Positions 1-8,926 of a stretch of 64,000 nt of DNA are shown here, one piece after another. Made by a program: the position numbers and the translations under genes. Below the pieces are notes generated by a model. That model made no database searches. It saw only the letters and a list, made by a program, of their open reading frames with translations, and had not been told where the DNA came from. Position 1 is the first letter of the stretch. Each line of letters starts with the position of its first letter. The stretch spans positions 62,001 through 126,000 of the IMG/VR virus record IMGVR_UViG_3300017786_003484; one strand, given 5' to 3'.

Positions 1-293
1 AATATAGGATTAAATTCTTCCTCGCATAAAACAGCATAACTTACATGCCTAAAATGTCGATTTCTTGTTGTGAATGTATAGATATGACTGATACCAATAG
101 TATCAGGAACTCCTGGATGTCCGAGTTCTTCGACTAGCTCTCTTTTAAGTCCTTCTAAGTCGCCTTCGTTGCCTATGAGTTTTCCTCCCCATAACCCCCA
201 ACACATACTATGACGCTCTTCTTCACTTCTTAATTGCATCATCGCTCTTTGTGTTTTCTGACATATAATTAATGCTCCTACTGCTCTTAACAT
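1..293 (-). CDS. Nudix hydrolase (runs off the left edge; not in ORF track)
   Basis: Manual translation from ATG at 293: MLRAVGALIICQKTQRAMMQLRSEEERHSMCWGLWGGKLIGNEGDLEGLKRELVEELGHP..., containing a perfect Nudix box G-x5-E-x7-RELVEELG. Confidence 0.85.
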   Translation of the reverse strand, partial: MLRAVGALIICQKTQRAMMQLRSEEERHSMCWGLWGGKLIGNEGDLEGLKRELVEELGHPGVPDTIGISHIYTFTTRNRHFRHVSYAVLCEEEFNPI

Positions 294-300
294 GATAAAA

Positions 301-1674
301 CTAGTTAACTATCCTCCAATAACCTTGTTCAAATATTCCTTCTATTGCTATTACCCAAGTTTCTCCGTCGTAATACAACTTCTCACCTGAGTTAGCATTA
401 GTAGTATACCCTATTGTGTTTACCGCCGTTGAGTCGAAACTGACTACCCAATCTGTACCATTATATTCAATAATATCGTCTTCTCCTGCTTCTAATAATC
501 CCCACGGACCTCCATCAAATGGGACAATATTATTAACTAGTAGATATCTCTGACCGGTTGCTTCTGCTGGTAAATTTCCAACTCCGGGTTGTGATTTCTG
601 TGGATTAATAATACCATTGATAGAAGTAATTGTATCATTTGGCAATGTATCTTGATTCAATGTAAAAGCAATTAGATTTTCGTTGCCACTTACAATAGCA
701 TCACATATTAATATAACTTCGTCGGCTTCGTCTGCAAAAGCTGAACTTGGACCTATTCTTAATCTAATTTCTGTAATACCCGGTTTGAATCCACCATGCA
801 AATTAAAATGGGTTGTCCAATTTAATAAATCTGTACCTTGTGTTCTATCAATATTAGTATTATCATTATTTAATAATTCAATATTATCTGAATTTACTTT
901 AATATGTCTATTTTCAAAAGTAAGCCATTGTCTTTGTGTATTTCCGTTAAAATTAATATTTAAACTTTCAATACTTACATTATCAATATCTTCATATGCA
1001 GATTGTAATATACTATGAATAAGAACTTGTCTTTTAATTTTTGCAGGTGGTGTTAAGTAGATTGGTAATTGATATATCAAACTTGAAACATCAATAATAT
1101 CATCTTGTCCATTTGGAATCTGTCTTGCTGTCCATGTGGTATTGATTAACTCAACAACTCCTAAACTTGTCCAATCAAATGGATTATCACTACTTTGTAA
1201 GTTAACACTTGGATTAAAGAGCAATAGTATTTGCTCTAGTAATTGTAACTTTTGTTCTGTATTACTAGTCCATATATCAACATTAAGAGTTAGGTCATAA
1301 GGAATAGGAGATATTCTTTCTAGTGTATAAGACTCGCCAAGTTCATCTAAAAACTCATTATTATTAGAATCAAACTTCTTTTCTAATACTTGAGCTCTAT
1401 CAATATGAGTTGGATTTAATCTTCTTTCCGGACTAGGAATTAATTCTGAGATATAAACAGATATAAACGGAACAGTATTGATTTTATTTTCTGAATTTTC
1501 TTTAATAATATGAGATGCCATTCTGCTAGTATCGCCATATCTAACCGGTACTAAATGAAAGTAATCTGCTCCATTGTCGTCTTTACCCATCTTAACAGAA
1601 AATCCGCCAAATACTCTCATAAATTGTACTAGCCATCTTCTTATTTGTTGATCATAAAAATATGTTTGTGCCAT
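301..1674 (-). CDS. gp15: Tail sheath stabilizer/tail terminator, T4 gp15-like
   Basis: N-terminal YFYDQQIRRWLVQF, VPVRYG and PIPYDLTLNVDIWTSNTEQKLQLLEQILLLFNP match the gp15 pattern; located with neck genes. Confidence 0.8.
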   Translation of the reverse strand: MAQTYFYDQQIRRWLVQFMRVFGGFSVKMGKDDNGADYFHLVPVRYGDTSRMASHIIKENSENKINTVPFISVYISELIPSPERRLNPTHIDRAQVLEKKFDSNNNEFLDELGESYTLERISPIPYDLTLNVDIWTSNTEQKLQLLEQILLLFNPSVNLQSSDNPFDWTSLGVVELINTTWTARQIPNGQDDIIDVSSLIYQLPIYLTPPAKIKRQVLIHSILQSAYEDIDNVSIESLNINFNGNTQRQWLTFENRHIKVNSDNIELLNNDNTNIDRTQGTDLLNWTTHFNLHGGFKPGITEIRLRIGPSSAFADEADEVILICDAIVSGNENLIAFTLNQDTLPNDTITSINGIINPQKSQPGVGNLPAEATGQRYLLVNNIVPFDGGPWGLLEAGEDDIIEYNGTDWVVSFDSTAVNTIGYTTNANSGEKLYYDGETWVIAIEGIFEQGYWRIVN

Positions 1675-1919
1675 TATTTTTTATCCTGTTTCAATATTTG
1701 TTTTTGCATTTCCTCAAGAGTTTCATTGTTTACACATTGTATATTTAACTCTGTTATGTTTGGAAAAGCCGATCTTAAACCTTTATCTAAACCGTCTGCA
1801 TATATTGTTTGGTATCCCTTGCAATCGTTAGCATTTTCAAATTTTAAAGACGTGTTTATTTTTAACTCAACCTCTTCAGATCCTGCAAACATTACTAAAG
1901 CCACTAGAAACCAAGTCAT
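1674..1919 (-). CDS. Small protein with hydrophobic N-terminus and a Cys pair
   Basis: 81 aa; abuts gp14-like and gp15-like genes; MTWFLVALVMFAG...FENANDC...IQC. Confidence 0.65.
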   Translation of the reverse strand: MTWFLVALVMFAGSEEVELKINTSLKFENANDCKGYQTIYADGLDKGLRSAFPNITELNIQCVNNETLEEMQKQILKQDKK

Positions 1920-3020
1920 CTAATCATCCGTCCTAGGTTTTTTAAATACTTTAGATAAAGTTTGCTTTTCGCTAGTAATACCTTTTTCGTCTGCTGGATT
2001 ACTAGATCTAGTTTTGTTATCATTATTAATAAATGCATTAGTTGGTGTTCTAGGTCGTAAGTCGCCTCCAAATCCTGCTTGTTCAACACTATCAAATATT
2101 CTAAGCCATTTTTTACCTATATACTGGAATAATCTATTAGGAACAAAATCACTTCTAATAAAATATTCTTGCTGGTCAGGATTGCTAGGAAAACTTAAAC
2201 CAGATGAAACTAAATTCTTATCTGGTAATCCACCTACTTTAATGTCTTTTACAGGTCCGCTATCCGGATCTGCTGTTGGCTCTTTTCCTTCTTTTTCTCC
2301 AAAGAAAGATGAATCGTCCCATAAGCCTGAGTCGGGTACAAGTACCTCTGACGAAGCAATAACTGCTTCAGAAATTTCAACTTCTTTTTGGTAGGTACTT
2401 AATGCATTCTTTAAACTATCTTCATCTTCTGGATCACCAAGTATTCCTCGATATTCCTGTGCATCCATCATTGGAGATGCTTTTATTCTCCATAAATGAG
2501 GCCACCATGTAGGACCAAAACCTTCTGCGGCCCTAGATGCATCATTAATAACATAAAATTTATTAATGCTCTTTGCACCAGCATCTAACAGTAAGTCATC
2601 ATTTAAGTGAGGTAATTCTATAACATCACCAGCCATAAGTTTTCTACCTAATATAGAAGCCATATCGTTTGTATGGAAAGTAATAAAAATAGTATCAGCA
2701 CTAAGGAATAAACCAAACTGGCTTAAATCAAAGTCAGTATCTGCAACATTATATGTTCCTCTTAATTCGTAAATTGTAGTATCATAAACACGATCTCTAT
2801 TTTCTAAAAATAGTAAATCTTGTATATCCAACTCAGATACATCACCTTTTGCTTGTAAATTTGGTTGTGCAGGATCATTTGTTTCTCCCTGCGACGCAGG
2901 TCCTAAATACTTGTGGATATAGATAGAGGTACCACCTGCATTAACAGCTTCTCGTATAATGCGGTCTTGGTAGTGATAATCCTTACCTTTATCGTTATTC
3001 CAGAGTTGAATTCTTGGCAT
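1920..3020 (-). CDS. gp14: Head closure/neck protein, T4 gp14-like
   Basis: IREAVNAGGTSIYIHKY, DLLFLENRDRVYD, FDLSQFGLFL..DTIFITFH, GDVIELPHL motifs; SD AGGAG upstream. Confidence 0.75.
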   Translation of the reverse strand: MPRIQLWNNDKGKDYHYQDRIIREAVNAGGTSIYIHKYLGPASQGETNDPAQPNLQAKGDVSELDIQDLLFLENRDRVYDTTIYELRGTYNVADTDFDLSQFGLFLSADTIFITFHTNDMASILGRKLMAGDVIELPHLNDDLLLDAGAKSINKFYVINDASRAAEGFGPTWWPHLWRIKASPMMDAQEYRGILGDPEDEDSLKNALSTYQKEVEISEAVIASSEVLVPDSGLWDDSSFFGEKEGKEPTADPDSGPVKDIKVGGLPDKNLVSSGLSFPSNPDQQEYFIRSDFVPNRLFQYIGKKWLRIFDSVEQAGFGGDLRPRTPTNAFINNDNKTRSSNPADEKGITSEKQTLSKVFKKPRTDD

Positions 3021-3045
3021 AAATGCTCCTTAATTACATATATTG

Positions 3046-3051
3046 TATTTA
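3046..3051 (-). promoter_or_regulatory. Late-type TAAATA promoter for gp14/gp15 operon
   Basis: TATTTA on + strand (TAAATA on -) 26 nt upstream of the 3020 start; T4 gp55-type late promoters are TATAAATA. Confidence 0.45.
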
Positions 3052-3068
3052 CCGTTCTTAGATTTAGG

Positions 3069-3097
3069 TTGACACCAAGGTAAGAATACTATATACT
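3069..3097 (+). promoter_or_regulatory. Sigma70-type early promoter
   Basis: TTGACA-17 nt-TATACT upstream of the 3131 ORF. Confidence 0.75.
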
Positions 3098-3130
3098 TAC
3101 TAGTAGTTAGTTAGAAATAGGAGAACATCT

Positions 3131-4345
3131 ATGGCTTTGCCAAAAGTAACAAAACGTAAAAAACCTCGTGCCGCTAGGCGTGTTAGCACAGGAGAGCCTA
3201 AGTTTGAAGGAATTGAATCTCTAAACGGACAAGAGTATTGTAAAACATACAGGCAGATGTCCGAGTATTATCGTTTAGACTGTAAGAGCTCTGACTATAA
3301 AGGTTGGGTTGTTGCATATTGCAAAGAACATGAAGAATTTAAAAGTAAATCAACTATAGTTAATAAAGTTCCAGATAGCAGATTTGGTCCTAGTCTGGGT
3401 TGTAGTGCTAGGTTGTTATCAAGAGGATGGCCAGACTATCATCCTGCATATGCAGAATATTGGGAAAATCTAGCAGGTACAATGGGAGAGGTTGCTCCTT
3501 TAAGTACATGGCTTGATAAAAACATAAAAGAGATAATTGAAGTTGGCGAGACAATCGTTGAGGAAAAGAAAGCGATTGAGAAAAAGAGTGCAGTTCCTAA
3601 ACAAACAATACAAGATAGATTGAAAGAACAACTTGATGATCTGCTAGGTGAAATTGAAGGTGCAGTAGATGACTTTACTGAGCAAGGTAAAGCATTTGAT
3701 GCATATAAATTTTTACAGTCAAATAACTTAGCGGCAAACTCTGCTCCTCAAATTGCTGAATTTTACAAGCCATTAATTGCTGAAATTGAAGAATACTTAA
3801 AAGGTGATTGCGAACAGTTAAACGAAGCATATGCTCACTTAGGAAAACGTGATGCTAAGAATTTTATTAAATTTTTGCAGTCTATTGTTGACGGAGCGAA
3901 TGCATATAAGGCAATGAAAATTTCTACTAGGGCAAAACCTAAGAGAAAACCAATTCCAGCAGAACGTATTGTTAGGAAACTAAAATATCTAAAAACATAT
4001 ACACTAGGAGGACTTGAATTCAAGAGTGTTGATCCAAGAGATATATTGCAATGCTCTGAACTTTGGACTTATAATACAAAGACAAGAAAACTTGGTAGAT
4101 TTGTTGCCGCAAAGCACGGTGATGTTGTAGTATCTCACCTAACAGTTAAGAGTACTAGTATTACAGGACATGATACTGATAAGAGTATTAGCAAAACACT
4201 TCGTAGGCCAGAAGAACAACTTACAGAATGGAAAAAGGCTAGTCGTCCTGAGTTACGGAAATTTTTAGGTAAAATTAAAGGAACAGAAGTTAAACTTCGT
4301 CCTAGGATATCAGAAGAGACGTTATTACTAAAAATTATAAAGTAG
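3131..4345 (+). CDS. Phage hypothetical protein
   Basis: 404 aa, SD AGGAG, basic N-terminus; no recognisable catalytic motif. Confidence 0.8.
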   Translation: MALPKVTKRKKPRAARRVSTGEPKFEGIESLNGQEYCKTYRQMSEYYRLDCKSSDYKGWVVAYCKEHEEFKSKSTIVNKVPDSRFGPSLGCSARLLSRGWPDYHPAYAEYWENLAGTMGEVAPLSTWLDKNIKEIIEVGETIVEEKKAIEKKSAVPKQTIQDRLKEQLDDLLGEIEGAVDDFTEQGKAFDAYKFLQSNNLAANSAPQIAEFYKPLIAEIEEYLKGDCEQLNEAYAHLGKRDAKNFIKFLQSIVDGANAYKAMKISTRAKPKRKPIPAERIVRKLKYLKTYTLGGLEFKSVDPRDILQCSELWTYNTKTRKLGRFVAAKHGDVVVSHLTVKSTSITGHDTDKSISKTLRRPEEQLTEWKKASRPELRKFLGKIKGTEVKLRPRISEETLLLKIIK

Positions 4346-4396
4346 CAACCTATATGTTCTAATATAATTGCCATAAATAATACGGAGACAAAATTT

Positions 4397-5143
4397 ATGG
4401 CAATTACTACAGAACGCAACAAAGTTATCAAATATATCGAGCTATCTCTTGGTGAAGGAATGGTTGATGTAGAATTAGACAAAGAACACTATGATATGGC
4501 TATTGATAAAGCGGTTGCCAAATACAGGCAACGTAGTACTCGTGCCGTTGAAGAAAGTTTTATGGTCTTAAAACTTAGTCCACAAGAGAGCACCTATATA
4601 TTACCAAGCGAGGTAATGGAAGTTAAGCAAGTATACAGAAGAAATGCCGGTGGTATCTCTGCTAGTGCAACTGACTTTGAACCTTTTGAAGCAGGTTACT
4701 TGAATATGTATATGCTAAATGCAGGACGAGGTGGCGGACTTGCTACATTTGAATTATATATGGGTTATAGAGAGCAAATGGGCAAAATGTTTGGAGCTCA
4801 TCTAATATTTAATTGGAATGAAGTAACAAAGAAAATCCATCTACATAGAAAAATTAGAAGTGATGAGGAATGTATTCTTCATATCTATAACCATAGACCA
4901 GACGAAATGTTACTAAGTGATTCACATTCCAATCCATGGTTAAAAGACTATGCTTTAGCAGTAGCAAAAATGTCTTTAGGACAAGCTCGTAGCAAATTTG
5001 GAGCCTTAGCTGGACCACAAGGTGGAGTACAGTTAAACGGTAACGACCTTATTGCACAATCTCAAGCTGAAATTGAAAAACTAGAAGCCGAACTTATTAA
5101 TTACGTTGACGGCGGAACTCCTATTAGCTTTATATTTGGTTAA
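4397..5143 (+). CDS. gp13: Neck protein, T4 gp13-like head-tail adaptor
   Basis: LGEGMVDVELD..HYDMAIDKA and WLKDYALAVAKMSLGQARSKF..LAGPQGGVQLNGNDLIAQSQAEIEKLE motifs; TAAATA at 4374-4379. Confidence 0.85.
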   Translation: MAITTERNKVIKYIELSLGEGMVDVELDKEHYDMAIDKAVAKYRQRSTRAVEESFMVLKLSPQESTYILPSEVMEVKQVYRRNAGGISASATDFEPFEAGYLNMYMLNAGRGGGLATFELYMGYREQMGKMFGAHLIFNWNEVTKKIHLHRKIRSDEECILHIYNHRPDEMLLSDSHSNPWLKDYALAVAKMSLGQARSKFGALAGPQGGVQLNGNDLIAQSQAEIEKLEAELINYVDGGTPISFIFG

Positions 5144-5151
5144 ACAATGTT

Positions 5152-5180
5152 TTGACAATACAGTCAAATAATGCTATAAT
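5152..5180 (+). promoter_or_regulatory. Consensus sigma70 promoter
   Basis: TTGACA-17 nt-TATAAT with an extended -10 TG. Confidence 0.8.
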
Positions 5181-5207
5181 AAATTATTATAGTTAGGATT
5201 TACCAAT

Positions 5208-5720
5208 ATGCAATTACCCAAATTACTAGTAGTAGGACACGGAAGACACGGCAAGGATACTGTATGTGAACTGCTGGCAAAATATGGTTATACTTTTCAA
5301 TCAAGTTCAAAGTTTTGCTCAGAACTGTTTATATTCAACGATACTAAAAACAAGTATGGATATAAGGACGAGGAAGAATGTTATGCTGACAGACATAACC
5401 ATAGAACTGAATGGTACGAAATGATACATGATTATTGTAAGGATGACTTGGCTAAACTTGGAAGAAATTTATTTGCAAAGCATGACATATACTGCGGTCT
5501 GAGAAACAAACGTGAATATTTTGCTATGCAAAACGAAATAATTTTTGATTATGCAATATGGGTAGATAGAGCAGATCACTTAGAATTAGAAGATCCAAGT
5601 AGTATGAGTATTGAACAATGGATGTGTGATTTTACTATTGATAATAATGGATCATTAGATAGATTAGTAAAAAATGTTGATATACTTGCACAACGACGCT
5701 TAAACTTAACGTTGTCCTAG
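5208..5720 (+). CDS. Deoxynucleoside monophosphate kinase-like P-loop protein
   Basis: VVGHGRHGKDTVCE P-loop, GLRNKRE, DFTIDNNGSLDRL: T4 gp1/dNMP kinase-like pattern. Confidence 0.7.
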   Translation: MQLPKLLVVGHGRHGKDTVCELLAKYGYTFQSSSKFCSELFIFNDTKNKYGYKDEEECYADRHNHRTEWYEMIHDYCKDDLAKLGRNLFAKHDIYCGLRNKREYFAMQNEIIFDYAIWVDRADHLELEDPSSMSIEQWMCDFTIDNNGSLDRLVKNVDILAQRRLNLTLS

Positions 5721-5828
5721 AAATCTATAAATTAACTACCCTAATAAATAGCCGGTTTTACTGGTCCTTTAGCTAAATACATCTGAGAAGGGCAGACGCC
5801 CTGTAAACTAAACTCGGAGAAAAAAATT

Positions 5829-8195
5829 ATGGCAACTTTAGTTTCCCCAGGTGTATCGGTTTCCGTCATTGACGAATCCGCTTATGCATCGGCCGGTAAT
5901 GGAACAGTTCCTGCGATTTTCATTGTAACGCGATCTAATAAATTAGCACCAGATGGAACTATTGCAGAATATACAAAATCCAAATATGCTGGTTTACCTC
6001 TAACTATCACTAGTCAGAGAGAATTAGTTCAGCTATATGGAGAACCAGAATTTACAATCGTAGATGGTACCCCAGTACACGGACATGAATTAAACGAATA
6101 CGGTCTTCTAGCCGCATACTATTATTTAGGTGTTGCAAACAGAGCAATCGTAACTCGTGCAGATTTAAACGTAGAAGAAATGGAACCGTTAGATGTAGCA
6201 CCAACAGGAGATCCAGTAAATGGAACTTATTGGTTTGATACAGCAAGTACTTCCTTTGGAATTTTTGAAGGTAACGGTACAGCATGGATTGCAAAAAGTG
6301 TAACACTTTTTGATGGAACACCAACAGGTGGTTCAGATGGTGATTATGCTCTTGACATTTCAGCAGATTTAAAAGAATTTTATAAAAACGAGTCAGGAGT
6401 ATGGAACAAACTTACAACCGCAGATATTGCAGGTACAGTTAACATTGCTCCTCACTATAACTTTCCAACACCAACATCAGGAGATGTATGGTTTAAAACA
6501 ACTTCACCAAATAGCGGATTTAGTCCAGTTATCAAAAAGTATAGCAGTTCAACTGGCTCATTTGCACAACAAATTATTGGTCCAAATTTACCAGATCAAC
6601 TTGTTGCTTATGTTGATGATACTGCCGCCGCAACGGCATTTGGTACATCATTAGATGGAAACGATCTTTATATTAAGATTGCTGATCCTAGTGAAGCAAA
6701 CTTTGAGGTTCGTAGATATGACGGATCTTCTTTTGCCGCTAATGTACAAGAAGTTAAAGCAACTGCTCCAGTAGGTGCTATTGTTGACGGAACACTATGG
6801 TATGACGCAGGAACCACAGCTGACGTTTACAGAAAAGCATCATCAGGATGGGAGCCAGTAGGTGCTGGTAACATTACAGTTGATACTATTGAGCCATCAG
6901 GTCCAACAACTGGAGATGTTTGGGTTGATACTAATGACCTTGTAAATTATCCTTTGCTTAAAGTATATGATGGCGCAGAATTTGTTGCTTTTGATAATGC
7001 AGATCAAACTACTCCAACCGGTGTATTGTTTGCTGACTTAACTGCTACTCCACAAGATTCAACAGGAGCAGGCGGTGTTGCTACTGCAATGGACAGCGAA
7101 GCACCAGATCCAGCTTTTTACCCTGAAGGAATGCTTCTTTTCAATACAGCAGTAAGTTCAGGTAACGTTAAAAAATGGAACGATACTGCAGGACATTTCC
7201 AAAGTGAATCAGGCAATAGAGACTCCGGTCCTAAAGCAGGATCCATGTATGCATTTGATAAAGCTCAACGTAGAGTTGTTGCTAAAAGATTGCAGGCAGT
7301 ACTAACAAGCGGAGAAGAATTAAGAGAAGAAACACTTAACTTTAACTTAATTGCAACTCCAGGATATCCTGAGTGTATTGATGAAATGTTAACACTAAAC
7401 ATTGATCGTAAGGAAACAGCATTTATTATTGCTGATACTCCAATGAAACTTGGAACTAATACAGCAGAAGTTAATGCTTGGGCACTTGGAACCAATGCTG
7501 GTACTAACGGAGAAGACGGATTGACAACAAGAAATGCGTCAATTGGACTTTATTATCCATCAGCACTATCAACTGATTTATCAGGTAATGATGTTGCAGT
7601 TCCAGGAAGTCATGCAGTACTAAGAGCTTATGCTTATAATGACGAAGTAGCTTATCCATGGTTTGCTCCAGCTGGTTTAACCAGAGGACAGGCAAGTGGT
7701 GTTAGTAACTTTGGTGTTGTTACAGCAGAAAATGAGTTCAAGAACGTTGCATTAAACAATGGTCAACGTGATGCACTTTATACGAAGAATATTAATCCAC
7801 TATGTAACTTTCCAGGAACTGGACTTTACCTTTGGGGACAAAAGACACTTCATCCATTTGCATCAGCACTTGATCGTGTAAACGTTGCACGTCTATTAGC
7901 GTTCTTACGTGAAAGATTTGACGTTGTTGCTCGTCCGTTCATTTTTGAGCCAAACGACAAGATTACAAGAGATCGTGTATTATTAGTATTCAATGCTTTC
8001 ATGGAAGACATGGTTGCTAAGAGAGCTGTTTATGATTTCTTAGTAGTATGTGACGAAACTAATAACACTAATGCAAGAATCGATCGAAACGAATTGTACA
8101 TTGATATAGCAATTGAGCCAGTTAAAGCGGCTGAATTTATCTATATTCCAATTCGTGTAGTTAACACTGGCGCGATAGCCGGTGCAAATGCATAA
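5829..8195 (+). CDS. gp18: Tail sheath protein
   Basis: LVSPGVSVSVIDES start, FNLIATPGYP, YAYNDEVAYPWFAPAGLTRG, RDALYTKNINP, WGQKTL..SALDRVNVARLL, FIFEPND, IEPVKAAEFIYI. Confidence 0.95.
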   Translation: MATLVSPGVSVSVIDESAYASAGNGTVPAIFIVTRSNKLAPDGTIAEYTKSKYAGLPLTITSQRELVQLYGEPEFTIVDGTPVHGHELNEYGLLAAYYYLGVANRAIVTRADLNVEEMEPLDVAPTGDPVNGTYWFDTASTSFGIFEGNGTAWIAKSVTLFDGTPTGGSDGDYALDISADLKEFYKNESGVWNKLTTADIAGTVNIAPHYNFPTPTSGDVWFKTTSPNSGFSPVIKKYSSSTGSFAQQIIGPNLPDQLVAYVDDTAAATAFGTSLDGNDLYIKIADPSEANFEVRRYDGSSFAANVQEVKATAPVGAIVDGTLWYDAGTTADVYRKASSGWEPVGAGNITVDTIEPSGPTTGDVWVDTNDLVNYPLLKVYDGAEFVAFDNADQTTPTGVLFADLTATPQDSTGAGGVATAMDSEAPDPAFYPEGMLLFNTAVSSGNVKKWNDTAGHFQSESGNRDSGPKAGSMYAFDKAQRRVVAKRLQAVLTSGEELREETLNFNLIATPGYPECIDEMLTLNIDRKETAFIIADTPMKLGTNTAEVNAWALGTNAGTNGEDGLTTRNASIGLYYPSALSTDLSGNDVAVPGSHAVLRAYAYNDEVAYPWFAPAGLTRGQASGVSNFGVVTAENEFKNVALNNGQRDALYTKNINPLCNFPGTGLYLWGQKTLHPFASALDRVNVARLLAFLRERFDVVARPFIFEPNDKITRDRVLLVFNAFMEDMVAKRAVYDFLVVCDETNNTNARIDRNELYIDIAIEPVKAAEFIYIPIRVVNTGAIAGANA

Positions 8196-8217
8196 ATAAA
8201 CGTAAGGAGATAAGAAA

Positions 8218-8814
8218 ATGGCAGTTTCAGTAAGTAAATTTAATGTACCTGGTACAACAGATGCCGCACTTGTTAGCCCTAAGTTATCTTACAGATTTAG
8301 AGTTACTTTCACACAATTAGGTGAAGGAGACACAGTAAGTTTAACTAGTCAGGTTGTAAGTGTTAGTCGTCCTTCCGTTACACACGACGACATAACAATC
8401 GACGTTTATAACTCCAGGATTTATATGGCTGGTAAGCATACTTGGGATCCAATTACATTAACAGTTCGTGACGATGTCACAGGTGCTGTTGGTAATTCGT
8501 TAGCCCAACAGCTTCAAAAGCAAATGGATCACGGAGGACAAACTGGACAAACAGCAGGCGGCCAATACAAGTTCACTACAGTTATTGAGAACTTAGATGG
8601 TAGCGAAGGCGCTGAAGTACTTGATGCTTGGGAGTTAGCAGGTTGCTATATCCAAAACATTAACTATGGTGAAAACAATTATGCTACAAGTGATCCATTA
8701 CAAATTACTGTAATGATCAAGTTTGATAATGCTAATCATACTGTTGCAGGAACGGAAGTTCTAACAGGAGCGGTCGCAGGTAACTCAACTGACAACGCAA
8801 CGGCATCTAATTAA
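8218..8814 (+). CDS. gp19: Tail tube protein
   Basis: PKLSYRFRVTF, YMAGKHTWDPITLTVRDD, WELAGCYIQNINYG; directly after the sheath gene. Confidence 0.9.
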   Translation: MAVSVSKFNVPGTTDAALVSPKLSYRFRVTFTQLGEGDTVSLTSQVVSVSRPSVTHDDITIDVYNSRIYMAGKHTWDPITLTVRDDVTGAVGNSLAQQLQKQMDHGGQTGQTAGGQYKFTTVIENLDGSEGAEVLDAWELAGCYIQNINYGENNYATSDPLQITVMIKFDNANHTVAGTEVLTGAVAGNSTDNATASN

Positions 8815-8881
8815 ACTAGTGGTTAATTAAAACGATAAATATAAGTGAGACGGAAACGTATTGCTTATATAAGAATAAAGC

Positions 8882-8903
8882 AAAAGGGCCGTTAGGCCCT
8901 TTT
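8882..8903 (+). terminator. Intrinsic terminator
   Basis: AAAAGGGCC-GTTA-GGCCCTTTT after the tube gene. Confidence 0.75.
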
Positions 8904-8926
8904 GTTGCGACAACGGAGAATAATAC

